Assembly: GCA_026387405.1 (NCBI GenBank)
Contig: JAPLLV010000030.1
Coordinates: 1-53,609, forward strand
Direction of reading: 5' to 3'
DNA: 53,609 nucleotides
DNA from: Candidatus Omnitrophota bacterium
GTDB lineage: Bacteria; Omnitrophota; Gorgyraeia; Gygaellales; Profunditerraquicolaceae
The notes below the pieces were generated by a model. That model did no database searches. It worked only from the letters and a program-made list of their open reading frames with translations, and was not told the DNA's origin. Shown here in pieces: positions 45,937 through 53,609 of the stretch (the first letter of the stretch is position 1; the number at the start of each line of letters is the position of its first letter). The translations under genes were made by a program, and so were the position numbers.

Positions 45937-47840
45937 TTATGCAGCAACTCCCTGGCCTTTCTCCTGATATTCCTATTCCAGAAAAAATGCCTTTTGTTTA
46001 AAACCTCCAGGCGCGGGCCTGCCTGCCTTAAACCTGCCTCTTCTATAAAATCCACATTATCCATAAGTATACTGTTTTTCAGGCCCCAGGGGCTGCGGAT
46101 ACCCAGCAATATATCCAGCACCCTCTCCTGCGCGAGAGCATTCTTGGAGAGGGCTTTCGCTGCCTCCTTCCTGAGGCCGGCATCTTCGCTGGTCAGGATA
46201 GAAAAAAGGAATTCTTCATCCACTTTAGACAGGCAGCCCATAGCCCTTAATACTTCAACCTTGACTATCTGGTCTGTGATAGGATAGATATATTTAAGAA
46301 TACCTACGACCAAGAATGAATCTATTTTCTTTAAGGAGTCAATGATCTTTACAAGAAAATCGGCATTAAAACGCTCGTTCGCCAAATTATCGCAAAACGC
46401 GGAGATACTGCCGGGGAAAAACCTCAGGAAAAGCCTCAGTCCATAGGGGCTTGTGTTATACTCTTTGAATATCTTATCGAGATAGAACTGCGCTTCCAGA
46501 TTAACGCCTTCCAGGTTATCTATAAAATAACCCAGGGCGGGATCTTCCCGACCTTCCCAGGCCAGGCTCTCGATCAAGATCGAGATATTCTTTTCAATAT
46601 CCGAAAGAATCTCCGCCAGGTCCGGTTCGGCCTTCTTTCTTTTATGTATGGTATCGAAAATATTCCTTATATACTCCCAGTCTTTGTCGCCGGCAATGGC
46701 GGGCCATTCCTGGGATATCCTCCTTGAGACAGCCTTTAGTTTTTCCTTGTCCTTCTCCTGGCTTAATAAACCCAGAAGTATAAAACGGTAATTTAAGTCC
46801 AGAAGCGCGCGGTCAAAGACCTTACCTTTTCCGAAAGTAACATTTTTTAATAAGGCGGACAACGTATTGCGATACACATCCGAAATTGAATGGCTATCCG
46901 CGCCGGATAATAAATTCTGGATATTCCTGGCCACCCTGGGATTCTCCTTTAAGGTGTCTGCCTCACCCAGCGCAAGCAGCGAATCGGGAATGCCCATATT
47001 CCTTTTTTCTCCGGCAATACGCAAGAAGAACCGAAAACTCAAGACGTCAAAATCTTCAGAAGTCGAAATTTCGTCTAAGAGAATACGCGCCATGTCCTCT
47101 TCATTGAGATTCTTGAGCATATCGGCCGCGTAATCGGTATCCACCCCCTGCATAGCGGCCTTATATTTTGTTATAAACCTATAGACTTCCGCGGCGCATT
47201 TATCGAATTTATCTTTCTGGTTAAGTTTAAGGTGAGCAAGGAAATTACTGATATTGCGTTTTAGGGCTTCGTTGTGTAATAAATCCTCATTCTTGAACTT
47301 CCCCATTACCACGCCGAAGTTATCGGAAAATTCGCTTATCTTCCGGGGGTCTTTCTCCTTATCCGGGTCGCCGAACGCCGACAGGACCTCTTCGCACTCC
47401 CGGGCGGTAGCCTCTAAAAGATAAGAATAGTCTATCTCTTGCACCAGGATATGCGGCGCTTTCTCCGGAGGCAATAATTTCTTTATGCCTCCGGACTTGA
47501 CTATATCCTTGACCGATAGTGACGCGACGTTGAGAAAACTGATCAACTCCTCGAGGTTGAGCCCTTTTTTGAATACAATGCTTTTTATCTTGCGCTGGTG
47601 CAGGGTCCGGGCCAGCTCCACGATTAACGCCGGCTTTTCCCAGGATGTTCCATCAAGCGAAAGCGATCCCACCGATATGTCGATCTCAATGGACTCGAGG
47701 AACGTAAACAAGGTATCGATTTTTTGCTTGAAACTCTCCACGGATTTTATCAAATACGGATGGCCCCTGAAATAAGCGGCGTTATTCAGGGACATCTGTA
47801 ATCCCATCAAAAAAGCGGATGAAGCCTCAACTTTATTCAT
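45924..47840 (-). CDS. Large helical hypothetical protein with C-terminal HEAT-like repeats
   Basis: VKVEVLRAMG, LRKEAAKAL; N-terminal domain resembles that of the neighbouring HD-GYP protein. Confidence 0.65.
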   Translation of the reverse strand: MNKVEASSAFLMGLQMSLNNAAYFRGHPYLIKSVESFKQKIDTLFTFLESIEIDISVGSLSLDGTSWEKPALIVELARTLHQRKIKSIVFKKGLNLEELISFLNVASLSVKDIVKSGGIKKLLPPEKAPHILVQEIDYSYLLEATARECEEVLSAFGDPDKEKDPRKISEFSDNFGVVMGKFKNEDLLHNEALKRNISNFLAHLKLNQKDKFDKCAAEVYRFITKYKAAMQGVDTDYAADMLKNLNEEDMARILLDEISTSEDFDVLSFRFFLRIAGEKRNMGIPDSLLALGEADTLKENPRVARNIQNLLSGADSHSISDVYRNTLSALLKNVTFGKGKVFDRALLDLNYRFILLGLLSQEKDKEKLKAVSRRISQEWPAIAGDKDWEYIRNIFDTIHKRKKAEPDLAEILSDIEKNISILIESLAWEGREDPALGYFIDNLEGVNLEAQFYLDKIFKEYNTSPYGLRLFLRFFPGSISAFCDNLANERFNADFLVKIIDSLKKIDSFLVVGILKYIYPITDQIVKVEVLRAMGCLSKVDEEFLFSILTSEDAGLRKEAAKALSKNALAQERVLDILLGIRSPWGLKNSILMDNVDFIEEAGLRQAGPRLEVLNKRHFFWNRNIRRKARELLHKWQA

Positions 47841-47844
47841 AATA

Positions 47845-48441
47845 TTAACGTAAGGCCCGGACTATTCTGCCATAGTCAGCCTTCTTGGCCCCTTTTTTAA
47901 GCATCAGGCTGATGGCGCGCGATGCATCTTGCGGCCGTATATTGACCCCTTTAATCGAATCTAGTAATACCTTGACCTTTAATCCCCTTCTTAAAGCATC
48001 AAGGCTGGTAAACTTCACGCAATAATCTGTAGCCAACCCCGCGATGTAGATCTCCTTGACCCCTAAGACCTTAAGCAGAGACAAAAAACCGATCCCATCT
48101 CCGTCTTCAGCCTGGAATACAGAATAACTGTCTTTTTCGGGATCCATGCCCTTATACAAAAAGATGGGCCGCTTCGGCAGCCTGAGCTTAGGGTGAAAAC
48201 CGGCGCCTCGGGTGTTCCGGATACAATGCACCGGCCAGATCCCCCCGTACTGTTTAAAATGCCGGGTCTTCCGGGGATGCCAATCGCGCGAAATGAATAC
48301 CGGTAGCCCTTTTTTAGAGAAAAGCCTGATGTATCTGTTAATTACAGGAATGATCTTGTCCCCTGCCGGAACACCCAAGGCGCCTCCGGGACAGAAATCA
48401 TTCTGCATGTCTACTATCAATAACGCCTTTTTGTATCGCAT
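47845..48441 (-). CDS. pncA: Nicotinamidase/pyrazinamidase
   Basis: VDMQNDFCPGG, RDWHP, WPVHC, KG..DSYS, GLATDYCV. Confidence 0.95.
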   Translation of the reverse strand: MRYKKALLIVDMQNDFCPGGALGVPAGDKIIPVINRYIRLFSKKGLPVFISRDWHPRKTRHFKQYGGIWPVHCIRNTRGAGFHPKLRLPKRPIFLYKGMDPEKDSYSVFQAEDGDGIGFLSLLKVLGVKEIYIAGLATDYCVKFTSLDALRRGLKVKVLLDSIKGVNIRPQDASRAISLMLKKGAKKADYGRIVRALR

Positions 48442-48499
48442 AACAAGTTATCTTCTCCCTGCCTGCGGCGGATCGCTCGAAGAATAATCGAACGAATTT

Positions 48500-49513
48500 C
48501 TATACGAATACGCCTTTTATTGCGGAGTTGCAAAAAACACATTTTCCCTGTTTGATATTATACTCCAAAACCTCAAAAACTTCCCGCTTAATTAATAACT
48601 TTTTACACTCCGGGCAATATGTATCATTGCCCAGGCCCAGGACATTACCTACGTATATATAGGTAAGGCCGGCGTCTTTACCTATATCCAAAGCCTTTTT
48701 AAGCGTGGCCTCCGGAGTGGCCTGGCGATCGCCGAATTCGAAATCCGGATGAAAACGCGAGATATGCCACGGCATATCCTTGTCAAGACCGGCGATAAAA
48801 TCAGCTATATCTTTTAGCTCAGGGCCAGAATCATTCTCTCCCGGCACGATCAAAGTGGTGATCTCAACCCACACCCCCATTTCTTTCATAAGACGTATGG
48901 AATCTAAAACCGGGGATAAGCTCCCCGAACAAACCCTGCGGTAGGACCCATCTTTAAAAAACTTTAAGTCCACGTTTGCCGCATCCAGGTACGGCCTGAT
49001 CATCTTAAGACAGTCTCTGCTCATATAACCGTTAGTGACAAAAATATTATACAGCCCCCTTGGCTTTGCTAATTTAGCTATAGCCTGGGCGTACTCGAAA
49101 AAAATAGTAGGTTCGGTATAGGTATAGGAAATACTTTGGCATTTATTCTTAAGCGCGGATTCTACGATAGTCTCGGGCAAAACAATACCCGTCCCTTCCA
49201 GGCCGGCTCCGTCTTTTACGCGCGCCTGGGAGATCTCCCAATTCTGGCAAAAACCGCAGTGGAAATTGCAGCCGATCGTGGCAAGAGAAAAACTGCTTGA
49301 GCCGGGGAGAAAATGGTACATGGGTTTCTTCTCGATAGGGTCGACGTGCATGGCAATGGGCTTGCCAAACACCTGCGTATATAAGGTGCCGTTAATATTC
49401 TGCCTTACCCCGCAAAAACCCCATTTATCAGGAAGGATCTTGCAATGGTGGGCGCACAAGAAACAATGGACTTTATTGTCTTCTAACCTTTCATAAAGTA
49501 AGGCTTCGGTCAT
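48500..49513 (-). CDS. amrS: AmmeMemoRadiSam-system radical SAM enzyme
   Basis: C.LCAHHC, DPIEKKPMYHF.PG, CNFHCGFCQNWEISQ, YTYTEP, HISRFHP. Confidence 0.9.
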   Translation of the reverse strand: MTEALLYERLEDNKVHCFLCAHHCKILPDKWGFCGVRQNINGTLYTQVFGKPIAMHVDPIEKKPMYHFLPGSSSFSLATIGCNFHCGFCQNWEISQARVKDGAGLEGTGIVLPETIVESALKNKCQSISYTYTEPTIFFEYAQAIAKLAKPRGLYNIFVTNGYMSRDCLKMIRPYLDAANVDLKFFKDGSYRRVCSGSLSPVLDSIRLMKEMGVWVEITTLIVPGENDSGPELKDIADFIAGLDKDMPWHISRFHPDFEFGDRQATPEATLKKALDIGKDAGLTYIYVGNVLGLGNDTYCPECKKLLIKREVFEVLEYNIKQGKCVFCNSAIKGVFV

Positions 49514-50520
49514 ATTCTCAAAGGCATAAGCCCGGCTTCATCAAGAGGGAAAACTTTTAGTTTAGCAAGCGGCGGGACTGTCCCTGTATTTCCATATACT
49601 ATATCTGCCTCGCTGCTGCCATTTAAATCACAATATCGTGCGACAATGCGACAGGAGCGGGTCAATAGCTCATCATTGAAGACGCCTCTGCCCAAAGCCG
49701 TGGGTCCGGCAGTGTCTTCCGGCGCCATAAATAGATGGTCTTGCGCAAGCGCGAGGCTAAGGATGTTCTTATTTTCCTGCTCATTCCTTCCCACGATCAG
49801 CTTCACCCCTTTACTCAAACGGAAATGCCTGCCTAGTTTAAGCAAAAATATATCGTTAAGCGTAAAATCGCTGGTGTGGCGCATAAGATCTCTAAGGCGT
49901 TTGCTGAATTCCGGGTCAGTAAGAAGACAGCCGCCGCTAGGGCAAGGAAAATCCTTAACCCCTAATGCGCCGGCCAGGGCAAACTGGTCTTTTCTCCCTC
50001 TGCCGCTTATGGCTAAAAGCTTATCCCTGGGAACCCAGCCTTCTCTTTCCGGAATAGTGGGCTCAAGCACCTTTGCCGATAATGGCCGCAGCACCAGATC
50101 CGTTAATTGCGCCTCTCCTTCAATCAGGGTCATCGTACGGCGCATCTGCGACATCGGCCTCTGGCCTAGAACCTCACCCGTGATCACAAAAGATGCCCCC
50201 TCCTGCCGCATCAGCTCCTTGGCCTTCTTAAAAAGCAGTATCCGGCAGTCAATACAGGGATTCATGTTGGAGCCATATCCATGTTTTGGTTTCTTTACTA
50301 TCTCCAAGATCTCTTCAGCCACGTTGATACTCACCAACCTGATACCCAACTCCTTGGATACCGAGGCAGCGCCGTGGAAACATCCTTTTGCGGAATGGTG
50401 ATTACAAAGACAAAAAGGGCTGACGGTATTTAAGGCCACCAATTCTATGCCCAAATCCTGCATGAGTTTGGTCGCCAGGGTACTATCCAGTCCTCCGGAA
50501 ATCAGGGCTATTGCGCGCAT
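49510..50520 (-). CDS. ThiI/MnmA-like PP-loop tRNA sulfurtransferase with a C-terminal DUF814-like region
   Basis: ISGGLDS, NPCIDCR, TGEVLGQRPMSQ, GGCLLTD, GRHFRL, VGRN..EN. Confidence 0.8.
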   Translation of the reverse strand: MRAIALISGGLDSTLATKLMQDLGIELVALNTVSPFCLCNHHSAKGCFHGAASVSKELGIRLVSINVAEEILEIVKKPKHGYGSNMNPCIDCRILLFKKAKELMRQEGASFVITGEVLGQRPMSQMRRTMTLIEGEAQLTDLVLRPLSAKVLEPTIPEREGWVPRDKLLAISGRGRKDQFALAGALGVKDFPCPSGGCLLTDPEFSKRLRDLMRHTSDFTLNDIFLLKLGRHFRLSKGVKLIVGRNEQENKNILSLALAQDHLFMAPEDTAGPTALGRGVFNDELLTRSCRIVARYCDLNGSSEADIVYGNTGTVPPLAKLKVFPLDEAGLMPLRI

Positions 50521-50526
50521 AATTAA

Positions 50527-52257
50527 TTAAGTAAGGATGCAACAGTTAAGCAAGGTTCCCACGATAATACTGACGATGATCATGATCAAGGTCGCCTTGA
50601 TCAAATCCTTGACCCCTAATTCTTTCCACAAGACCACGAAGGTGGCTATGCAGGGAAATGAAATGGCCAGCAGTGTTGCCGCGATGAACAATTGCTTGGC
50701 ATTTAATCCTAACGGCATAAGCATACCCACTGCCACATCCTTACGGAAAAAACCAAGCACCAGCGCCACCACCGCTTCGCGAGGCAGCCCGAAAAGGCCT
50801 TTGACCACCGGCGCTGCCAGGCCGGTCACAAAATCAAATAATTTAAAATACAACAATATATTGATCGCCAAAACGCCCATTAACACTATCGGCACTGCCT
50901 CCATCAGGAATCCCTTGATGCGAAAATAAAGTTTTTTGCACAAAAGTAATAGCGGCGGAAAACGATATGGCGGGATCTCCAGCAGGAACTCCGGGCTATA
51001 CCCATGCATGGTAAAATTAAGCACTGCCCCGATTATGATCAACAGGGAAAATAGCACCAGATATACCCCGGCCACATAGAAACCGCCGAAAGCCCCGAGC
51101 AGGCCGAATATCATTGCCTGTAACGGCACGCAGGGCACGCCTATGGAGATGAGCGTGGAGGCAATGAACCTCTCGCGCTTTGACTCCAGGACACGCGTGG
51201 ATAATATCCCGGGGACATTGCAGCCAAAACCTAATAAGACCGGGATTATCGCATACCCGTGCAGGCCCAGCCGGTGCAGGACATTATCCAGAAGTATCGC
51301 CAGGCGCGGAAGATACCCAATATCCTCCAGTAAACTAAGCATAAAATAAAAAGAAATTACATACGGCAGGACCATCGCGAATTCAATATACGGGGCGGTG
51401 GTGAGAACGCCCATAGACTGCCTGAAGTCGATCTTGCCGTTTATCAATTCCCCGATAACCAGATGATGTAAAAACCCCGCCTTCCCCAAGAAACTGCTTA
51501 ATTTATCCAGGAAGGGAAGATAAAGGTCGGTAAATACCGGATCGAATATCTTATTTATCAACGACTCCCCGAAAAAACGCACTGCCTTAAAACAGGTATA
51601 TACAACTACTATTGACATAAGCAGGCCGCTTAAGGGCCGCACGGAAATATCTTCCAGGAGCTCTCTAAGGGTATGGTGGCGATGCGTAAGCTGCTGCACT
51701 TCCTGGATGATCCGGCCGATCTCCTGCCAGCGCATCTCGTGGCTGAGCGGCTTCTTGGGCCGCGGTTTTGCCTCAATCAATCTCTCCAATAAAAATTTTA
51801 TCCCTACGCCTGTAACCGCGCAGGTGGGAATCACCGGAATACCCAGGAGTTCTTCCAGTTTACGGGTATCCAGATGTATACCCCGGTGCTCGGTATCATC
51901 GCACATATTCAGGCAGGCGATTACCGGATATCCCTGCTCGATCAATTCCAGGGTCAGGAATAGATTGCGCTCGAGGTTGGTGGCATCAATGATATCAATG
52001 ACTACTGTTTCATCCTGAGAGCTCTCTTTGAGTAACGATACGGCTACCTCTTCTGCCGTAGAGGTAGGCTCAAACGAATACGTCCCCGGCAGATCTACCA
52101 CTTCGATATTTTCTTCCCCGATCTTAAAATACCCTCTGGTAATACCGACGGTGGTCCCGGGATAATTGGAAGAGATGACCTGCACTCCGGTAAGGCGGGA
52201 GAAAATAACGCTCTTTCCCACATTGGGATTACCTATCAACAATATCCTTTTGATCAT
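50527..52257 (-). CDS. feoB: Ferrous iron transporter B
   Basis: GNPNVGKS, NYPGTTV, DLPG, LEDIGYLPR, GFGCNVP, EIPPYR, FPCIAT. Confidence 0.95.
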   Translation of the reverse strand: MIKRILLIGNPNVGKSVIFSRLTGVQVISSNYPGTTVGITRGYFKIGEENIEVVDLPGTYSFEPTSTAEEVAVSLLKESSQDETVVIDIIDATNLERNLFLTLELIEQGYPVIACLNMCDDTEHRGIHLDTRKLEELLGIPVIPTCAVTGVGIKFLLERLIEAKPRPKKPLSHEMRWQEIGRIIQEVQQLTHRHHTLRELLEDISVRPLSGLLMSIVVVYTCFKAVRFFGESLINKIFDPVFTDLYLPFLDKLSSFLGKAGFLHHLVIGELINGKIDFRQSMGVLTTAPYIEFAMVLPYVISFYFMLSLLEDIGYLPRLAILLDNVLHRLGLHGYAIIPVLLGFGCNVPGILSTRVLESKRERFIASTLISIGVPCVPLQAMIFGLLGAFGGFYVAGVYLVLFSLLIIIGAVLNFTMHGYSPEFLLEIPPYRFPPLLLLCKKLYFRIKGFLMEAVPIVLMGVLAINILLYFKLFDFVTGLAAPVVKGLFGLPREAVVALVLGFFRKDVAVGMLMPLGLNAKQLFIAATLLAISFPCIATFVVLWKELGVKDLIKATLIMIIVSIIVGTLLNCCILT

Positions 52258-52490
52258 GATTCTTTTTCCAGCAAGATTTTAGCCGCCATGCTATGGCCGA
52301 GGGCGATCAGCGACCTGCCTACTTTCACGGTAACCGGACCGCGCAGGGCAAAATGGCTCACCTTGGTGATCTCTTTACCCGGATAGATACCCATGCTCAT
52401 CATCTTATGCTGCAGGTTGCCGCCTCCGGAGATCTCCAATACCCTGGCCTTGGTATTTTTCTTAAGCTTGATCAGGGATAATTTTTTCAT
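52254..52490 (-). CDS. feoA: Ferrous iron transport protein A
   Basis: MSMGIYPG, GPV.V.VG...ALG..MA..I. Confidence 0.93.
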   Translation of the reverse strand: MKKLSLIKLKKNTKARVLEISGGGNLQHKMMSMGIYPGKEITKVSHFALRGPVTVKVGRSLIALGHSMAAKILLEKES

Positions 52491-53304
52491 TTGCGTGATG
52501 ATCTAGATGTTCGTGTGGATGAATATGCGTTTTATCTTTATGGCGATGGGCGTGCATGTGGATAAGATTATTCTGCTCCAGAAACACCCTGTCTGCCAGC
52601 AATTCCTCCGCGGCCCCGCACCTGACTATCCTTCTTTCTTTTCCCAGGCAGCAAATACAGTCAGCGATCTCTCCCACGATATGCATATCGTGCGTCGCGG
52701 TGATAATCGTCCGGCCGGATTCGTTCTCTTGCAAAATGATATCCACGATGTGCCTTACGGTTAAAGGGTCCAACCCTGCCGTCGGCTCATCCAGGAGCAG
52801 GACTTGCGGCTCGATGGTTAAAACCGAGGCTATGGAAACCTTCCTTTTCTCCCCGATACTTAATTGATGCGGAGACCTTTCCAATAAATCCCCGAGATCA
52901 AAAACCTCAACCACTTTTTCCAGCCGTTTTTTGACCTCTTCCCGGGGGAACCCCAGGTGCAAAGGCCCAAATATGATATCCTCCTTTACGGTAGGGCAGA
53001 ATAATTGCACGTCCGGATTCTGAAATACAAAACCCACGCTGCACCTGAATTCCCGCGAAAAATCCTCATCCCTGAACTCTTTTTCGCTTAAGTCTCTGCC
53101 AAATGCCCGTATCTTTCCCGAATCAGGAAAGATCAAACCGTCCAAAAGAGACAGGAGCGTGGATTTACCGGTGCCGTTTGAGCCGATGATCGCCAGCTTC
53201 TCTCCCTGTATGATCTGTGTCGTAATACCGCAGAGTGCGGGGAAACGGCCAAGATACGAGTAAGAGACTTCTTCCAGTTCAAAGACCGGCTTTTCGTTAT
53301 TCAT
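52462..53304 (-). CDS. cbiO: ECF Co/Ni transporter ATPase with a His-rich tail
   Basis: GSNGTGKST, FQNPDVQLF, LSIGEK, LLDEPT; C-terminal HMHAHRH..HIHPHEH. Confidence 0.88.
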   Translation of the reverse strand: MNNEKPVFELEEVSYSYLGRFPALCGITTQIIQGEKLAIIGSNGTGKSTLLSLLDGLIFPDSGKIRAFGRDLSEKEFRDEDFSREFRCSVGFVFQNPDVQLFCPTVKEDIIFGPLHLGFPREEVKKRLEKVVEVFDLGDLLERSPHQLSIGEKRKVSIASVLTIEPQVLLLDEPTAGLDPLTVRHIVDIILQENESGRTIITATHDMHIVGEIADCICCLGKERRIVRCGAAEELLADRVFLEQNNLIHMHAHRHKDKTHIHPHEHLDHHANEKIIPDQA

Positions 53305-53609
53305 TTAACCGCGTAAGTGACGGACAGTAATAGAATTAAAATAAGCAGGGAGAAAAATAACCAGACCCAGTCCAACGTCCTGGTTTTATATTCATCAAGC
53401 TCCTGCGGCTCGCCCCTGTATCCCCGGGAAAGCATAGCCGCATAGACCTGGTTATTCAACTGATACGACCTTTGCCACAAAGAAGCAATGCTCCAGGTGA
53501 CGATCTGCTGCCCTTTTTGCGCAGGCAATGCCCTGCCGATGCGACTCTTCATACCCATATACATGTTCTCGATCATCTCCACAAAAAGATAAATATAGCG
53601 ATAGCACAT
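53301..53609 (-). CDS. cbiQ: ECF transmembrane component T (3' part only, cut by the window edge)
   Basis: YRYI, MKSR, AMLSRGY.G motifs. Confidence 0.85.
   Translation of the reverse strand: MCYRYIYLFVEMIENMYMGMKSRIGRALPAQKGQQIVTWSIASLWQRSYQLNNQVYAAMLSRGYRGEPQELDEYKTRTLDWVWLFFSLLILILLLSVTYAVK

Noticed and set aside
49574-49584. gggactgtccc mini-palindrome in the ThiI-like 3' end as an inserted repeat
   Set aside because: It is a single 11-nt instance and could be chance
32-52867. Numerous plus-strand ORFs in the track (e.g. 536-1204, 2578-3378, 49646-50401)
   Set aside because: They are antisense shadows of well-supported minus-strand genes and have no recognisable motifs
1-53609. tRNA/rRNA genes, prophage or defence systems
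   Set aside because: None recognised by eye; a tRNAscan/Rfam run was not possible

Overview
A 53.6-kb bacterial housekeeping region in which every credible gene except one IS transposase lies on the minus strand. The gene content suggests an anaerobe with an outer membrane; a Ca. Omnitrophota/PVC-like origin is my inference, not something the sequence proves. In window order it holds: an HMGL-like aldolase, yqeY, pfkB, uppP, a CAAX protease, rluA, nadA and mnmA; a bioB-F-H-C-D-A operon with birA and a BirA operator; iscS, larE and nifU; a redox/oxidative-stress cluster (trxB, glutaredoxin, ferritin-like proteins, rubredoxin, FprA, a Tpx-PCD fusion, ldh, a ferredoxin, Rrf2); a TPP-riboswitch-controlled thi4; a CsoR-CusCBA-type metal efflux operon; thiE/thiM; a Cys/Met operon (Rrf2, YezD/OscA-like, DUF3034-like, metY, cysK, metX, metW) interrupted by an IS256-like element; an HD-GYP pair, pncA, a radical SAM enzyme, a ThiI-like protein, feoAB and cbiOQ. 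Five small ORFs missing from the ORF track were found by hand. The best novelty candidates are (1) a Met/Cys-rich leader peptide MIIYSNMMAMCCCCGGGG followed by a terminator, i.e. a probable ribosome-mediated attenuator of the Cys/Met operon; (2) several families of tiny palindromic elements: a 9-copy two-hairpin family with covarying stems that nests in its own loop, CCCCG..CGGGG mini-elements with 4-bp target duplications that rewrote the mnmA start and the LarE C-terminus, and two covarying rod-like elements; (3) a 19-aa CxxC/poly-Lys peptide and a half-ferritin mini-protein. All coordinates were read by eye and no database searches were run.
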